A DNA stretch of 64,000 nt, from assembly GCA_051003195.1 (NCBI GenBank), contig JBPCLP010000028.1:1-64000 (forward strand). Reading direction: 5' to 3'. Shown piece by piece: positions 38,408 through 48,641 of the stretch (positions are counted from its first letter, which is position 1; every line of letters starts with the position of its first letter). The notes under the pieces were generated by a model. The model saw nothing but the letters and a program-made list of their open reading frames with translations, was not told the DNA's origin and made no database searches. Origin of the DNA: Candidatus Sumerlaeaceae bacterium. GTDB lineage: Bacteria > Sumerlaeota > Sumerlaeia > Sumerlaeales > Sumerlaeaceae. Made by a program: the position numbers and the translations under genes.

Positions 38408-39280
38408 CTACAACGACAGTCTTTCAAACCCGTCCGGGATGACGAGCTTACCGATCTCCGGTGTCTTCGGCGCGTTGGGTTGCATGTCCGTCACGCTGAC
38501 AGACGCTGCGGCGCCGTTGGGCAGCGTAGCGTCATAACGGCTTGGCAGCAACGCATTGCCTGCGTAGAACTGGTAGCCGTAGTAACGAACGCTGCCGAGG
38601 TTCGCATTGCCCTGGCTGCGATCCACCTGGTCGACGAGCAGGTCAATCTTTCGCAAATGGTAATTTTCGGTTGTTCCGCCCGGGTACGACACCGACACAA
38701 TATAGTGATCCGGCGTTTCCTGCAGGGGTGTCTGCGCGCCTTGCCGCATCGCTCGATACAGGTTCTGCTCGACGAAGAAACTGTTCATCAGGTCATCCGG
38801 CTGAAGTCCGCCCATCAGCGTCGTATTGGTGCGCAACTGCGCCAGCGTGCCGATATACACCTTCTTGTCCGGCACCATCATCAGCTGCACCCGCCCGCGA
38901 TCCAGCAGGAAATCGAAAATTGTTCCCGCTTCCGCCGAGCCGCGAACACGCAGAAAATTTGGCAATGCGGAGTAAACGTTCGCGTCAAATTGCTGGCGCG
39001 TGCTCGAGCGCGCCTCGCCCACGCTGATTGTCATCTGCCCGCGAATCGCCCGCGTGTCGGTACGCCGCTCGCCAAGCACCACGCGTATCTGGTCGGCGGT
39101 CATTCCCGGGCCACCCACTTGCTGCGTGATCGGTGACTGGAATGGCGGCGGCGCCTCGGCCTGAACCTTGCGACCGCGGCGCAGCACATTGCAGCCGGGC
39201 AGACTCACAATCTGTCCGATGGCCATCAGCATAACCAGACCCAGCCACCACCGGCGTGCTGCCGTTCGATTATGCACCAT
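38408..39280 (-). CDS. putative lipoprotein (possibly LolA/LolB-like fold)
   Basis: lipobox-like SLPGC after a hydrophobic stretch; beta-rich; overlaps the hpt stop. Confidence 0.65.
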   Translation of the reverse strand: MVHNRTAARRWWLGLVMLMAIGQIVSLPGCNVLRRGRKVQAEAPPPFQSPITQQVGGPGMTADQIRVVLGERRTDTRAIRGQMTISVGEARSSTRQQFDANVYSALPNFLRVRGSAEAGTIFDFLLDRGRVQLMMVPDKKVYIGTLAQLRTNTTLMGGLQPDDLMNSFFVEQNLYRAMRQGAQTPLQETPDHYIVSVSYPGGTTENYHLRKIDLLVDQVDRSQGNANLGSVRYYGYQFYAGNALLPSRYDATLPNGAAASVSVTDMQPNAPKTPEIGKLVIPDGFERLSL

Positions 39281-39863
39281 AGACCTCCGGCTTCAAAACG
39301 CCAATGCACGAAAGGTTTCGGTAGTACTCTTTGTAATCGAGTCCATAGCCAACGACGAACTCGTCGGGTATCTCGAAACCGGTGTACTTGAGAGGGATGT
39401 CTTTATCCCGCGTACGCAGCTTGTTCAACAGGCAGCAGATTTCGAGGCTCGCAGGATCCTGGATGCGCAGCAACTCGCAAATCACATTGAGCGTATGCCC
39501 GGTATCGAGGATGTCTTCCACAAGCAGCAGGTGTTTGCCGCGAAGATCCAGCTCGGCGTCCTTGGTGATCACGACTTTGCCCGAGGTGGTGGTTCCGCCC
39601 TTGTAGCTGCTGGCGCCCATCAGGTCGAAGGCGTGCGGGATCGTGACGGCCCGCATCAGGTCGGCCAGGAAAACAATGCCGCCCTTGAGGATGCTGATGA
39701 GCACCAGCGGCTTACCGCGGTAATCCTCAGAGATCTGCCGCCCCAGCTGCGCAACGCGCTGCTGAAGCTGCTCGTGGGTGTACAGGACGCTCTTCAGGTC
39801 CTGGTAAAGTTCCTTTTCCTCGTCCTGCACCAGCATGGTGGATTCTACGGCTTCATTATGCAT
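39270..39863 (-). CDS. hpt: hypoxanthine phosphoribosyltransferase
   Basis: ILKGG, SSY, LLVEDILDTGHTL, FVVGYGLDY. Confidence 0.96.
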   Translation of the reverse strand: MHNEAVESTMLVQDEEKELYQDLKSVLYTHEQLQQRVAQLGRQISEDYRGKPLVLISILKGGIVFLADLMRAVTIPHAFDLMGASSYKGGTTTSGKVVITKDAELDLRGKHLLLVEDILDTGHTLNVICELLRIQDPASLEICCLLNKLRTRDKDIPLKYTGFEIPDEFVVGYGLDYKEYYRNLSCIGVLKPEVYGA

Positions 39864-39954
39864 AAGTTCTCCAGAACACTTTTCGGTACATGGGCGCTCA
39901 ACACAAAACATGGCCGAGGGCGAAAATAATCCCTGCCGCGCTGTAAAGCAGTTC

Positions 39955-40485
39955 ATGAACCTTATCCGCTCCGCCGCCGTTCTCCTGGTTTTAGCCCCGG
40001 CGTCCGCCGTTTTCGCCCAGGGCATGCTTAATTACGTTGATCCCAGCGACAACAGCACCCGGCGTTCCCGGCGCGTAACTGAAAGCAGCACGGGCAATGC
40101 AAACGCATCCACGGCAGCAGGCTCAAGCGGCCGGATCGCACCGACACCCAAGGGAAGCCCAACTCCCGCGAGCGGCAAGGGAAGTATGACTTCGACTAAA
40201 CCGACCAGCAGCAAGTCTGGCGGAACCACAAGCACGCTGGCGAAGTCCGGTACGTCCACAAAACCGGGCGGAAATAAATCCGCAACCGCCAGCGGAGGAT
40301 TTGAACAGAAGGGGCAGCTCAAAGAAGTGACAAAGCAGATGGTTGAAAGCATCCGGACGCGCAAAGTGGATTTCGATGAAGAGGAAGCCGCTGCGGACCC
40401 AGCCATTATCTTACTCAATCCACGCAAGCTGACCCCCCAGGAACATCTTCACGTGAAGACCGACGATCTGGCCCGGCCGCTGTAA
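39955..40485 (+). CDS. secreted Ser/Thr/Gly-rich hypothetical protein
   Basis: signal peptide ending VFA; low-complexity middle region. Confidence 0.6.
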   Translation: MNLIRSAAVLLVLAPASAVFAQGMLNYVDPSDNSTRRSRRVTESSTGNANASTAAGSSGRIAPTPKGSPTPASGKGSMTSTKPTSSKSGGTTSTLAKSGTSTKPGGNKSATASGGFEQKGQLKEVTKQMVESIRTRKVDFDEEEAAADPAIILLNPRKLTPQEHLHVKTDDLARPL

Positions 40486-40592
40486 CGGAACTACGCCACA
40501 TGCCGACTCCTGTAATTTGCACGGTGCGACTTGAAGACAATATACTTACCTCCCTTTTGCACTGAGCACGTCGGCTGGCGCCAAACCGGGGC

Positions 40593-41573
40593 ATGAGATG
40601 CCACCTGCTTGCTGTCCCGATCCTGCTCTCCGCAGCCATTCCTTATGCGCAGGCGCCGGTCGCCCAACAGCAGCAAAATACCGCTGCACCACAGCATCAG
40701 CGAGCGCCGCAGCCACAGCAGCACGGCGGCGGGCCATGGAACAACGACCTCATGATCCGTTGGAGCGCGGACAAACAATCCTTCGGGCCGGAATCCGTAT
40801 TTGTCGAATCCGGCGGGGTGCCAAGCGTCACCGCTTCCGAGAACGGCATCCTCGTGGCCGCGTTCCAGTGGTTCCCGTTTACGCGCATGGAAGCGTTCGA
40901 TCGCGTCACCGTGCGTTTCTCGGAAACCGGCGGCATTTCATGGAGCGACCCCGTTCCCATCCAGGTTAACGGCCTGCCCGCGGGCTTTCAGCGTCCGTTC
41001 GATCCAACGATCGTCGCGTTGCCCGGCAAAGCGTTTCGCATGTACTTCTCCGGCGGGCCAAAAGGTCCGGGGTTGCCCGGCACGGGAGCAAACATCTGCA
41101 CCTATTCAGCGCGCTCGGACGACGGCATCCACTACGACTTCGAGCCGGGCGTGCGTTTCACGGTAAAGGACCACCGCGTCATTGACTGCGCCGTTGCCTG
41201 GGATGGCCGCCAGTGGCTCTACATTGCGCCCATCGGGCGCCCCGACGAGGGAGCATACGCGGCAACATCACCCGACGGCCTCACGTTTACGCGGCTCCAC
41301 GATGTGCCCTCCAGCAACGGCTATAACTGGACTGGAAATCTTTTACGAATCGGCGAGCGCCTGCGCTTCTTTGGCGGCTCACACCAGGGCATCTGGTGGG
41401 CCGAATGCACCGCGCCCGGAAACTGGTCAGCACCGCATACCATAGGCTTACGAGGCGGCGACCCAGCCGCCGGCATCGGCAAGGATGGAAAGCTTTTCAT
41501 CATCTACGTGAGCACCCCGAAACGCAATGCCCCGTCACCCCTGATGCGGACCGGAGCGCCAGCGCAGCGGTAG
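40593..41573 (+). CDS. secreted BNR/Asp-box beta-propeller (sialidase-like) protein
   Basis: signal peptide; SETGGISW, SDDGIHY, SPDGLTF, DPT/DPA motifs. Confidence 0.7.
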   Translation: MRCHLLAVPILLSAAIPYAQAPVAQQQQNTAAPQHQRAPQPQQHGGGPWNNDLMIRWSADKQSFGPESVFVESGGVPSVTASENGILVAAFQWFPFTRMEAFDRVTVRFSETGGISWSDPVPIQVNGLPAGFQRPFDPTIVALPGKAFRMYFSGGPKGPGLPGTGANICTYSARSDDGIHYDFEPGVRFTVKDHRVIDCAVAWDGRQWLYIAPIGRPDEGAYAATSPDGLTFTRLHDVPSSNGYNWTGNLLRIGERLRFFGGSHQGIWWAECTAPGNWSAPHTIGLRGGDPAAGIGKDGKLFIIYVSTPKRNAPSPLMRTGAPAQR

Positions 41574-41598
41574 CCTCGCTATTGTGCGGCCTTACATT

Positions 41599-41840
41599 CT
41601 TCGCGCCCTGAATGGGCGACGGAAACCGAAAATACGGTACACCACACCCGTGTGCCGAATCAGAAGTTCCTTACCAGACCAAAGGCAAACTTGACCTCGA
41701 TTCGGCACACAGAACAGATTGCGAACTAACGGTAGACCACACCGTGTGCCGAATCAGAAGGTCCTATCCAGTTTGAGCCTGGAAGATGAGCTCAATTCGG
41801 CACATAGAACAGATTACGAACTAACGGTAGACAACACTAG
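41599..41840. repeat. family A remnant plus two tandem family B MITE copies (41650-41742, 41744-41840)
   Basis: TTCGCGCCCTGAATGGGCG..GGAAACCGAAAATA; two GTGTGCCGAAT..ATTCGGCACA units, the last ending ACACTAG. Confidence 0.85.
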
Positions 41841-41935
41841 CATCGGCTTCGCTGGCTGGCGCGCGCTGCTTAATGTGCCATAAATAATTACTATTGCCGG
41901 GCTGCGCAAATGTGCCCACGCTTTGTCCCAGACCG

Positions 41936-42568
41936 ATGATCGAATACCTGCGAGGAACCCTGCTGCACAAAACGGAAGGCCATGCCGCCATCGACGTCGC
42001 CGGTGTCGGGTATGGCGTCGAGGTAACGGCAGCCGCTTTTGCGGCGCTGCCGCGCGCAGGCGAGCCTGCCGAGCTGCACACATATCTGTATGTCCAGGAA
42101 GCTATACTGCGGCTCTATGGCTTTGCCAGCCGCGACGAGCGTTCGCTATTCGAGGTTTTTCTCGGGGCGAGTGGGATTGGGCCCAAAACGGCCATCGCGA
42201 TCCTCTCCAGTATCGAAGTTGCAGCATTTGCTACCGCGATCCTCCAGGGTGATCTGAAGACGCTTACCCGAATTCCCGGCATTGGCAAAAAAACCGCCGA
42301 GCGGCTTGCAGTTGAACTACGCGACAAGATGAAAGAGTATGCCTTCGCCACCGCTGCGAGCAGCAACGGCGCGAGGAATGATGCAGATGTCAGTGCGGGT
42401 ACGCCCTACATTGTCGGTTCCGTCATCCGCGAGGCCGTTGAGGCGCTGGAAGCGCTCGGTTGCAAGCCGCTGGTCGCCGAAAGGGCGGTCCAAAAAGCGG
42501 CTGATATACTGGGAACCGAAGCCGCTGTGCCGGACCTGGTGCGAGAAGCACTGAAGCACCGATACTAG
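41936..42568 (+). CDS. ruvA: Holliday junction branch migration protein RuvA
   Basis: MIEYLRG, GVGYGV, LYGF, GIGPKTA, IPGIGKKTAERL..EL. Confidence 0.96.
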   Translation: MIEYLRGTLLHKTEGHAAIDVAGVGYGVEVTAAAFAALPRAGEPAELHTYLYVQEAILRLYGFASRDERSLFEVFLGASGIGPKTAIAILSSIEVAAFATAILQGDLKTLTRIPGIGKKTAERLAVELRDKMKEYAFATAASSNGARNDADVSAGTPYIVGSVIREAVEALEALGCKPLVAERAVQKAADILGTEAAVPDLVREALKHRY

Positions 42569-42630
42569 TGTGCCGTCTGAAAAGGTCATAGCTATACCTC
42601 AGTAAGCTTCTGAGCTCGGACGGCACACTG
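42566..42630. repeat. 65-bp MITE-like hairpin at the ruvA TAG stop
   Basis: AGTGTGCCGTCTGA / TCGGACGGCACACT inverted repeat, 13/14 match. Confidence 0.65.
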
Positions 42631-42648
42631 ACATCTACAAGGAAGGGC

Positions 42649-44070
42649 GTGACAATGAAATCAGGCCGGTTACAGATCTTCTTTTCTGCCGCTTTTTTTC
42701 TCCTCATTCTGCAAAGTGTGGCGGCCGCGCCTTCCAGGGCTGTTACGAAGCCAAACATTATCTTCATCTTTTGTGACGATCTCGGGTATGGGGACCTTGG
42801 ATGCTATGGTAATACCGAGATCCGCACGCCAAACATCGATCGCATGGCGAGCGAAGGCGTTCGGCTTACGCAGTTTTACGTCACGATGCCGGCGTGTTCG
42901 CCGTCGCGGGCCTCACTGCTGACCGGCAGGTATCAGCTCCGGGTTGGCATTCCCAATGTGCTCGGACCTGAAAGCAAAATCGGTCTGCGGCAGAAAGAGT
43001 GGACCATTGCAGAGGCGCTAAAAGAGCAGGGTTACTCTACTACTTGTATTGGCAAATGGCACCTGGGCCGGCCCGCCGAATTCCTGCCGACCAAACATGG
43101 CTTCAATTCGTACTTCGGCATTCCCTACAGCAACGACATGGACCGCTCACACGCAGGCGGTGCCGCGGTGCCACTCCTTGAGAATGAGACTATCATAGAG
43201 CAACCTGTAAACCAGGACACTCTCACGCAGCGTTACACCGAGCGCGCCATTCGCTACATCCAGGATAACAAGAACCATCCGTTCTTCCTTTATCTACCGC
43301 ATACCTTTCCTCACGTGCCGCTGCACGCATCGGACAAGTTCCGGGGTAAAAGCGCGCGTGGCCTCTTTGGCGATGTGGTCGAGGAAATCGACTGGAGTAT
43401 GGGCGAAATTCTGAACACCTTAAGGGCACTTAAGCTGGACCGTAAAACTCTCGTCATTTTCAGCAGCGATAACGGCCCGTGGTTGGTCAAAGGCCGCGAT
43501 GCTGGCAGCGCCGGCATTCTGCGGGACGGGAAAGCCACGGTCTATGAAGGTGGCATCCGCGAGCCGTTCATCGCCTGGTGGCCGGGAAAGCTGGCTCCAG
43601 GTAAAACTGTGGACGAACCGGTTATCAGTACGGATATGTTCCCGACACTCCTGAACCTCGCCGGCGGGAAGGCGAAGAGCCACAACTTTGACGGAACTGA
43701 TGTTTGGCCGATTATCAGCGAGGGAGCCAGGCGTGCAAAGACCGAGTTCGTCTGGTACAAAGGCGTGAATCCGGGTGCCGTTCGCATCGGTAATTATAAG
43801 CTGCATCTGCCCAAAACGGTAAAAGGCACCAGTGTACCCCTCGAACTCTATGATATCGCAGCAGATATCTCGGAGAAGAACAATCTCGCCGCCGCCAAAC
43901 CAGAAGTTGTCGAACGCTTGAGCAAGTTTGCAGCGAAGATGGATGACGAGATACGCGGTCAATTTCGCAGGCATCCCAATGCCTTTGAAGGCGACTTGCT
44001 CTCCAAAGCGCCCGCCCGCATTGCAGACCCGACTTCCACCGCAGCCAAAGCTGCCGAGACGCCGCGGTAA
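42649..44070 (+). CDS. arylsulfatase (Cys-type)
   Basis: KPNIIFIFCDDLG, CSPSRASLLTG, GKWHLG, SDNGP. Confidence 0.93.
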   Translation: MTMKSGRLQIFFSAAFFLLILQSVAAAPSRAVTKPNIIFIFCDDLGYGDLGCYGNTEIRTPNIDRMASEGVRLTQFYVTMPACSPSRASLLTGRYQLRVGIPNVLGPESKIGLRQKEWTIAEALKEQGYSTTCIGKWHLGRPAEFLPTKHGFNSYFGIPYSNDMDRSHAGGAAVPLLENETIIEQPVNQDTLTQRYTERAIRYIQDNKNHPFFLYLPHTFPHVPLHASDKFRGKSARGLFGDVVEEIDWSMGEILNTLRALKLDRKTLVIFSSDNGPWLVKGRDAGSAGILRDGKATVYEGGIREPFIAWWPGKLAPGKTVDEPVISTDMFPTLLNLAGGKAKSHNFDGTDVWPIISEGARRAKTEFVWYKGVNPGAVRIGNYKLHLPKTVKGTSVPLELYDIAADISEKNNLAAAKPEVVERLSKFAAKMDDEIRGQFRRHPNAFEGDLLSKAPARIADPTSTAAKAAETPR

Positions 44071-44110
44071 GGGAAAACGATTGCGTCCGGCTTTCCCCAG
44101 CCGCAGCTAG

Positions 44111-45256
44111 TTGAACCTGCCCATGATTCGAAATTTTGAAGAAGTAAAGTTCGACGACATCGCCTGGAGTGATACCTCCAGCCGCACCACGATGCGCAGG
44201 GTTCCGCCGCTTCTGCGTTTGTCTGTTCGCGAAGTTGGAGTACTCAACCCGCTGATCGTCGCGGAGACGCAGGTCCCTGATCGCTTTGCGATTGTAACGG
44301 GCTGGCTGCGCTTCCAAGCGGCGCGCGAGGTAGGCGAGAACTCGGTACCCTGCCACATTTATCGCAGCTTCCCGCCCAAAATCCTGCTGCTGTGCAGCCT
44401 CTTCGACAACCTGGGCCACAGGCACCTGAACCCTGTCGAGCAGGCAATCGCATTGCGCAAACTTGGTGAATTCTACACCCCCGCGGAAATCCGGCGCACA
44501 TTTCTGCCGATGCTCAACATTCACACATCCGAAGCCGCGCTACCGGCACTCATTGGCCTCGCAGAATTGCCGGAAGATCTTCAGTGGGCCATTGCGGATA
44601 ACGACGTGCTGCCGCAGGCTGCACCCGTGCTTAACGAAATCCCGCATGGCCATCGTCAGCACATTCTGCGGTTGTTCCGTACCGTCAACATGGCGGAACC
44701 CTCGCAACTGGAAGTCGCCGACGCATTCCGACTGCTGTTGAAGAAGAAGGCCCAGTCGCCGCTGGAAATCATGCAGGAGGAAAAGTGGGTCAGCAAGGCA
44801 GAGCTTGCGATGGACCCCGACGTGAAAGTGGAACAGGACCTGTTGCAGCTGGAGGTGGGGCTGGCGGCGGTTCCAACATTGTTCGCCTCCAGACGTTCTG
44901 TTGCGGGCACGCACAGCACGAACGCGAATTACCTGGCTCCCAACGCAAACGACAAACCGAAGACGAAGTCGCCTGTGCGGAAAAAACCGCCGGGAAAGCA
45001 GAAGTCCGAGGTGCATGCACCGACAGAGTCGCAGGTGCTGTCAGCGCTGCAACGTCGTGTGGGAAAGCTGCAGCGAAAGACGCCCCAGGCGCCACGGCTG
45101 CCGGCAGGAGCAAGGCTGGCAGGGAACTCCACAGCAGCAAGGTCGCAAAAGCTCGAAGTGGATTTCACGAGCGCAACGCAGCTCTGCGATACGCTGCGGC
45201 AGCTCCTTGATGCCGGGGAACGCGGTGCGCTGCAGGCGATGCTGCAGCGTCGATGA
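44111..45256 (+). CDS. ParB/Srx N-terminal domain protein (atypical)
   Basis: LSVREVGVLNPLIV, IVTGWLRFQAA, DNLGHRHLNPVEQA. Confidence 0.7.
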   Translation: MNLPMIRNFEEVKFDDIAWSDTSSRTTMRRVPPLLRLSVREVGVLNPLIVAETQVPDRFAIVTGWLRFQAAREVGENSVPCHIYRSFPPKILLLCSLFDNLGHRHLNPVEQAIALRKLGEFYTPAEIRRTFLPMLNIHTSEAALPALIGLAELPEDLQWAIADNDVLPQAAPVLNEIPHGHRQHILRLFRTVNMAEPSQLEVADAFRLLLKKKAQSPLEIMQEEKWVSKAELAMDPDVKVEQDLLQLEVGLAAVPTLFASRRSVAGTHSTNANYLAPNANDKPKTKSPVRKKPPGKQKSEVHAPTESQVLSALQRRVGKLQRKTPQAPRLPAGARLAGNSTAARSQKLEVDFTSATQLCDTLRQLLDAGERGALQAMLQRR

Positions 45257-46395
45257 GCCGCTATCGCGTCCTGCGAATGATCACCTGGCTGCCGATGGGT
45301 GGAATCGAACGCAAAATTGCGGCAGTGCTGCCAAGACTGGATCCCGAGCTGTTCGAGGTTCACATGTGCTGCATACGTGAACGTGGCCCCCTTGCAGACG
45401 TGCTCGAAGCTGCCGGGATCCCTGTGCACGTTGTGCCGTTCCGTAGCCGACTCGATCCTATAGCTCTGTTGCGATTGCGTCACCTGGTTAAGCGCCTCGG
45501 AATTCAGCTGATCCACTCACACATGTACAGGTCCAACGTGCCGGCGACCGCGATGAAGGTTTTCGATCGCAACATCCGCGTGATTGGTCATTATCATAAC
45601 GTCAACACGTGGGAGACACCACGCCAACTCGCACTGGATCGTTTTCTCGCTCAGCGGCGCAACATGAATGTCGCCGTGAGCGAAGCTGTGCGGAAGGATG
45701 TACAGCAGCGACTTGGCCTTCGCGCGGAATTGACGACTACATTGTACAACTGCGTCGACCTTGATGAGTTTCATCCATTGGTTGAAACCGAGCGTTTGGA
45801 AGTGCGGCAGGATCTTGGTCTGAACATGGAGCATCGTGTCGTTCTTTGCGTGGCACGGCTGGTGCCGCAAAAGAACCAGCAGCTTGTACTGCATTGTGCA
45901 CCTGAGATTCTGCGTTCAGTGCCCGCGGCGAAGTTCCTGTTCGCTGGCGGCGGACCGGATGAGGAACTGCTCAAGCAACTGGCACAGCAGCTTGGAATCG
46001 CCGGGCAGGTGGCATTCCTGGGCCCTCGCAACGATATACACCGGCTGCTTGCCGCTGCGGACGTGGCGGTGCTGCCGTCGCTCAAGGAGGGCTTTTCAAA
46101 CGCCGTGCTGGAAGCAATGGCGTGCGGCACTCCCATGGTCGCAAGTGATGTCGGCGGTAATCGCGAAGTCATCGACCATGGTGATAACGGCTTCCTCTGC
46201 GACATGCTGGAGAATCCGGCCGGCACCCTCGAAGTAAACAGCGCGCAGTTTGTCCGCCATGTAAAGCGGTTGCTGCTCGAAGAAGACGTTTGCGAGCGCA
46301 TTGGCGAGGCAGCCCATGCACGTGCACAACACTACGGGATAGACTCAATGGTGCGCGAGATCGAGCAACTGTACCTCGAAGTGCTGGAGGACTGA
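45253..46395 (+). CDS. GT4-family glycosyltransferase
   Basis: GGIER, VARLVPQKN, PSLKEGFSNAVLEAMACG. Confidence 0.93.
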   Translation: MSRYRVLRMITWLPMGGIERKIAAVLPRLDPELFEVHMCCIRERGPLADVLEAAGIPVHVVPFRSRLDPIALLRLRHLVKRLGIQLIHSHMYRSNVPATAMKVFDRNIRVIGHYHNVNTWETPRQLALDRFLAQRRNMNVAVSEAVRKDVQQRLGLRAELTTTLYNCVDLDEFHPLVETERLEVRQDLGLNMEHRVVLCVARLVPQKNQQLVLHCAPEILRSVPAAKFLFAGGGPDEELLKQLAQQLGIAGQVAFLGPRNDIHRLLAAADVAVLPSLKEGFSNAVLEAMACGTPMVASDVGGNREVIDHGDNGFLCDMLENPAGTLEVNSAQFVRHVKRLLLEEDVCERIGEAAHARAQHYGIDSMVREIEQLYLEVLED

Positions 46396-46398
46396 ACG

Positions 46399-47691
46399 AT
46401 GCTGAAGGCAAACGGGGATGCGTCTAATGTGGTGGCCATCGTGCTGGGTGGCGGCCGTGGCACCAGGTTGTATCCGCTCACGCGTTACCGCAGTAAACCC
46501 GCCGTGCCACTTGCGGGCAAGTATCGACTCGTCGATGTGCCTATTTCCAACTGCATACACTCCGGCATCCGGCAAATCTATGTTCTTACGCAGTTCAATT
46601 CCGCATCCCTGAATCGGCACGTTGCCCAAACATACACCTTCGACCAGTTCTCTGGGGGTTTCGTTGAAATCCTGGCTGCCGAACAGACGCCGGAAGCCGA
46701 GGAGTGGTTTCAGGGCACGGCCGATGCAGTCCGCCGGACTTTGATGCACATAGGCCAGCCTCAGAGTACCCACATCCTCATCCTGGCGGGAGACGCGCTG
46801 TACCGGCAGGATTATAGCCAGGTGCTCAGTGAGCACATTCGTGACCAGGCCGACATTACCCTCTGCTGCAAGCTGGTGGACTCAGAACAGGCGGGCGCGT
46901 TCGGCATTGTTGGCATTGATGAGGAACGTCGTGTGGCCTCATTCCACGAGAAGCCGAAAGGCGAGGCGCTGGCACCTCTGATGGTAGACCCGGATATGCT
47001 GCGTCAGGCCGGAGTTCACGGCGATCCTTTGGCGCGCCCCTATCTCGCATCCATGGGCATTTACCTGTTTCGCAAGGAGGTGTTGCTTGAGATGCTAAGC
47101 GAGGGCGACGACCACGATTTCGGTCGGCAGCTCATCCCGCGTGCGATCCAGTCGAAGCGAGTGTTTGCCAACCTCTTCGATGGATACTGGGAGGACATTG
47201 GCACCATCAGTGCATTTTTCCAGGCAAACCTGGACCTCCTTGCAGAAAAGCCGCATTTTGATTTCTACGAAAGTGGCTGCCCCATCTATACGCATTGCCG
47301 CCTCCTGCCAAGCTCACAGGTGTTTAACTCCACCGTTGAGGGCGCTCTCATCGCGGAGGGTTGTATCATCAATGATGCCGAACTCCGAAATGCAATCGTC
47401 GGGATCCGTTCGATGATCGGTTCAGGGGCGAAGCTTGAAAATGTGGTCATGATGGGCGCCGATTATTACGACTGTGAGAGTCCGACGTCCAGCCATCTGC
47501 CACCCCTGGGCGTAGGGCGCAACGTACATGTTCGAAACGCCATTATCGATAAGAATGCCCGCATTGGTGACGGAGCCCGCATCCTTAACGAAGCTGGTGC
47601 CGACGATGTCGATTCCGATTATTACTCAATCAAAGATGGAGTAGTGGTCATCCCGAAGAATGCGATCGTCCCGGCCGGCGCAGTTATTTAA
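46399..47691 (+). CDS. glgC: glucose-1-phosphate adenylyltransferase
   Basis: LGGGRGTRLYPLT, KPAVP, WFQGTADAV, ASMGIY, DFG, YWEDIGT. Confidence 0.97.
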   Translation: MLKANGDASNVVAIVLGGGRGTRLYPLTRYRSKPAVPLAGKYRLVDVPISNCIHSGIRQIYVLTQFNSASLNRHVAQTYTFDQFSGGFVEILAAEQTPEAEEWFQGTADAVRRTLMHIGQPQSTHILILAGDALYRQDYSQVLSEHIRDQADITLCCKLVDSEQAGAFGIVGIDEERRVASFHEKPKGEALAPLMVDPDMLRQAGVHGDPLARPYLASMGIYLFRKEVLLEMLSEGDDHDFGRQLIPRAIQSKRVFANLFDGYWEDIGTISAFFQANLDLLAEKPHFDFYESGCPIYTHCRLLPSSQVFNSTVEGALIAEGCIINDAELRNAIVGIRSMIGSGAKLENVVMMGADYYDCESPTSSHLPPLGVGRNVHVRNAIIDKNARIGDGARILNEAGADDVDSDYYSIKDGVVVIPKNAIVPAGAVI

Positions 47692-48515
47692 TCCTCTATG
47701 GAATAGTTCATCGCCCGGGAGCGGACATTAACAATCTTCCAGCCGTCAGCGGCCTTGCGCAACGTATAGCGCTCGTCCTTGCGACGGCTCGTGCCCCCGA
47801 CTTTATCGTCGCGTAAACACGCAACCGTTGCAACATTGTTACTGGTCTTAATCGTCTCGGCATCGATCACGTGATGATGCGTATTTCCCGCATCGTCAGC
47901 GACAAGTTGCGCTCGCCGCTGGATGTAGTCCTGCCTGGAAACACCGGCGATCATTTCATCTCCGAGGCAGTTGTACTCGGCAGCAAAATCCTGTGTGTTC
48001 CATGCACTAACAAAGCGTCGGACCACCTCAGTCGGTTCGTCGGCAAACACCGCTTGAGATTCCGGCGCTTCGGCACTTTGCGCTGGTCCTACTTTTGTGA
48101 CGTGCCCGCGTTCGGAAATATACTGGTTCTTCCGTAGCAGGTATTCGACGCGGCCCAGCAGGCCCAATGGATCAAATGGCTTGGCGAGAAAATCATCGCT
48201 GCCCAGCCCGACCGACCAGAATTCGTCCGGCTTGTCTACCTGCGCTCCAAGAGACGAGATCACGAGAATAGGCAGGTCTGCTATTTCGGGCTTCGCACGA
48301 ACCTGTTTAATGAATTCCATGCCGCTCATTCCGGGCATCCGAAGATCCGTAATAATTAAATCGGGCCGGAACTGCTCCAGCGCCGCAAGTCCTTCATCGC
48401 CATTGGTAGCCGTGGTGATCTGGTAGCCCTTCGTGCCCAGCACCAGGCGAACGACTTCCACGACGTCTACATCGTCTTCGACAACTAGAATGTGCCTGGA
48501 ATTACCTGGAGGCAT
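47688..48515 (-). CDS. response regulator receiver fused to a C-terminal NTF2-like domain
   Basis: VVEDD, TDLRMP, AKPFD; C-terminal PTEVVRRFVSAW...YTLRKAADGWKI. Confidence 0.8.
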   Translation of the reverse strand: MPPGNSRHILVVEDDVDVVEVVRLVLGTKGYQITTATNGDEGLAALEQFRPDLIITDLRMPGMSGMEFIKQVRAKPEIADLPILVISSLGAQVDKPDEFWSVGLGSDDFLAKPFDPLGLLGRVEYLLRKNQYISERGHVTKVGPAQSAEAPESQAVFADEPTEVVRRFVSAWNTQDFAAEYNCLGDEMIAGVSRQDYIQRRAQLVADDAGNTHHHVIDAETIKTSNNVATVACLRDDKVGGTSRRKDERYTLRKAADGWKIVNVRSRAMNYSIED

Positions 48516-48641
48516 TCTTAAGCTTCGATCTATTCCGTTCTTTAAGTGCTGATGTGGCCCGAAAGCTGGTGCGTGCAATGCAATTTTTTCAAGGGCCTGG
48601 CTTTGACAGGGTGAACTCGCGTGGATACGCATGGCTGAAGT

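Noticed and set aside
41650..41840. Tandem ~95-bp repeats as a CRISPR array
   Set aside because: Only two units, too long, the internal segments recur in other dispersed copies, and no cas genes; better explained as MITEs.
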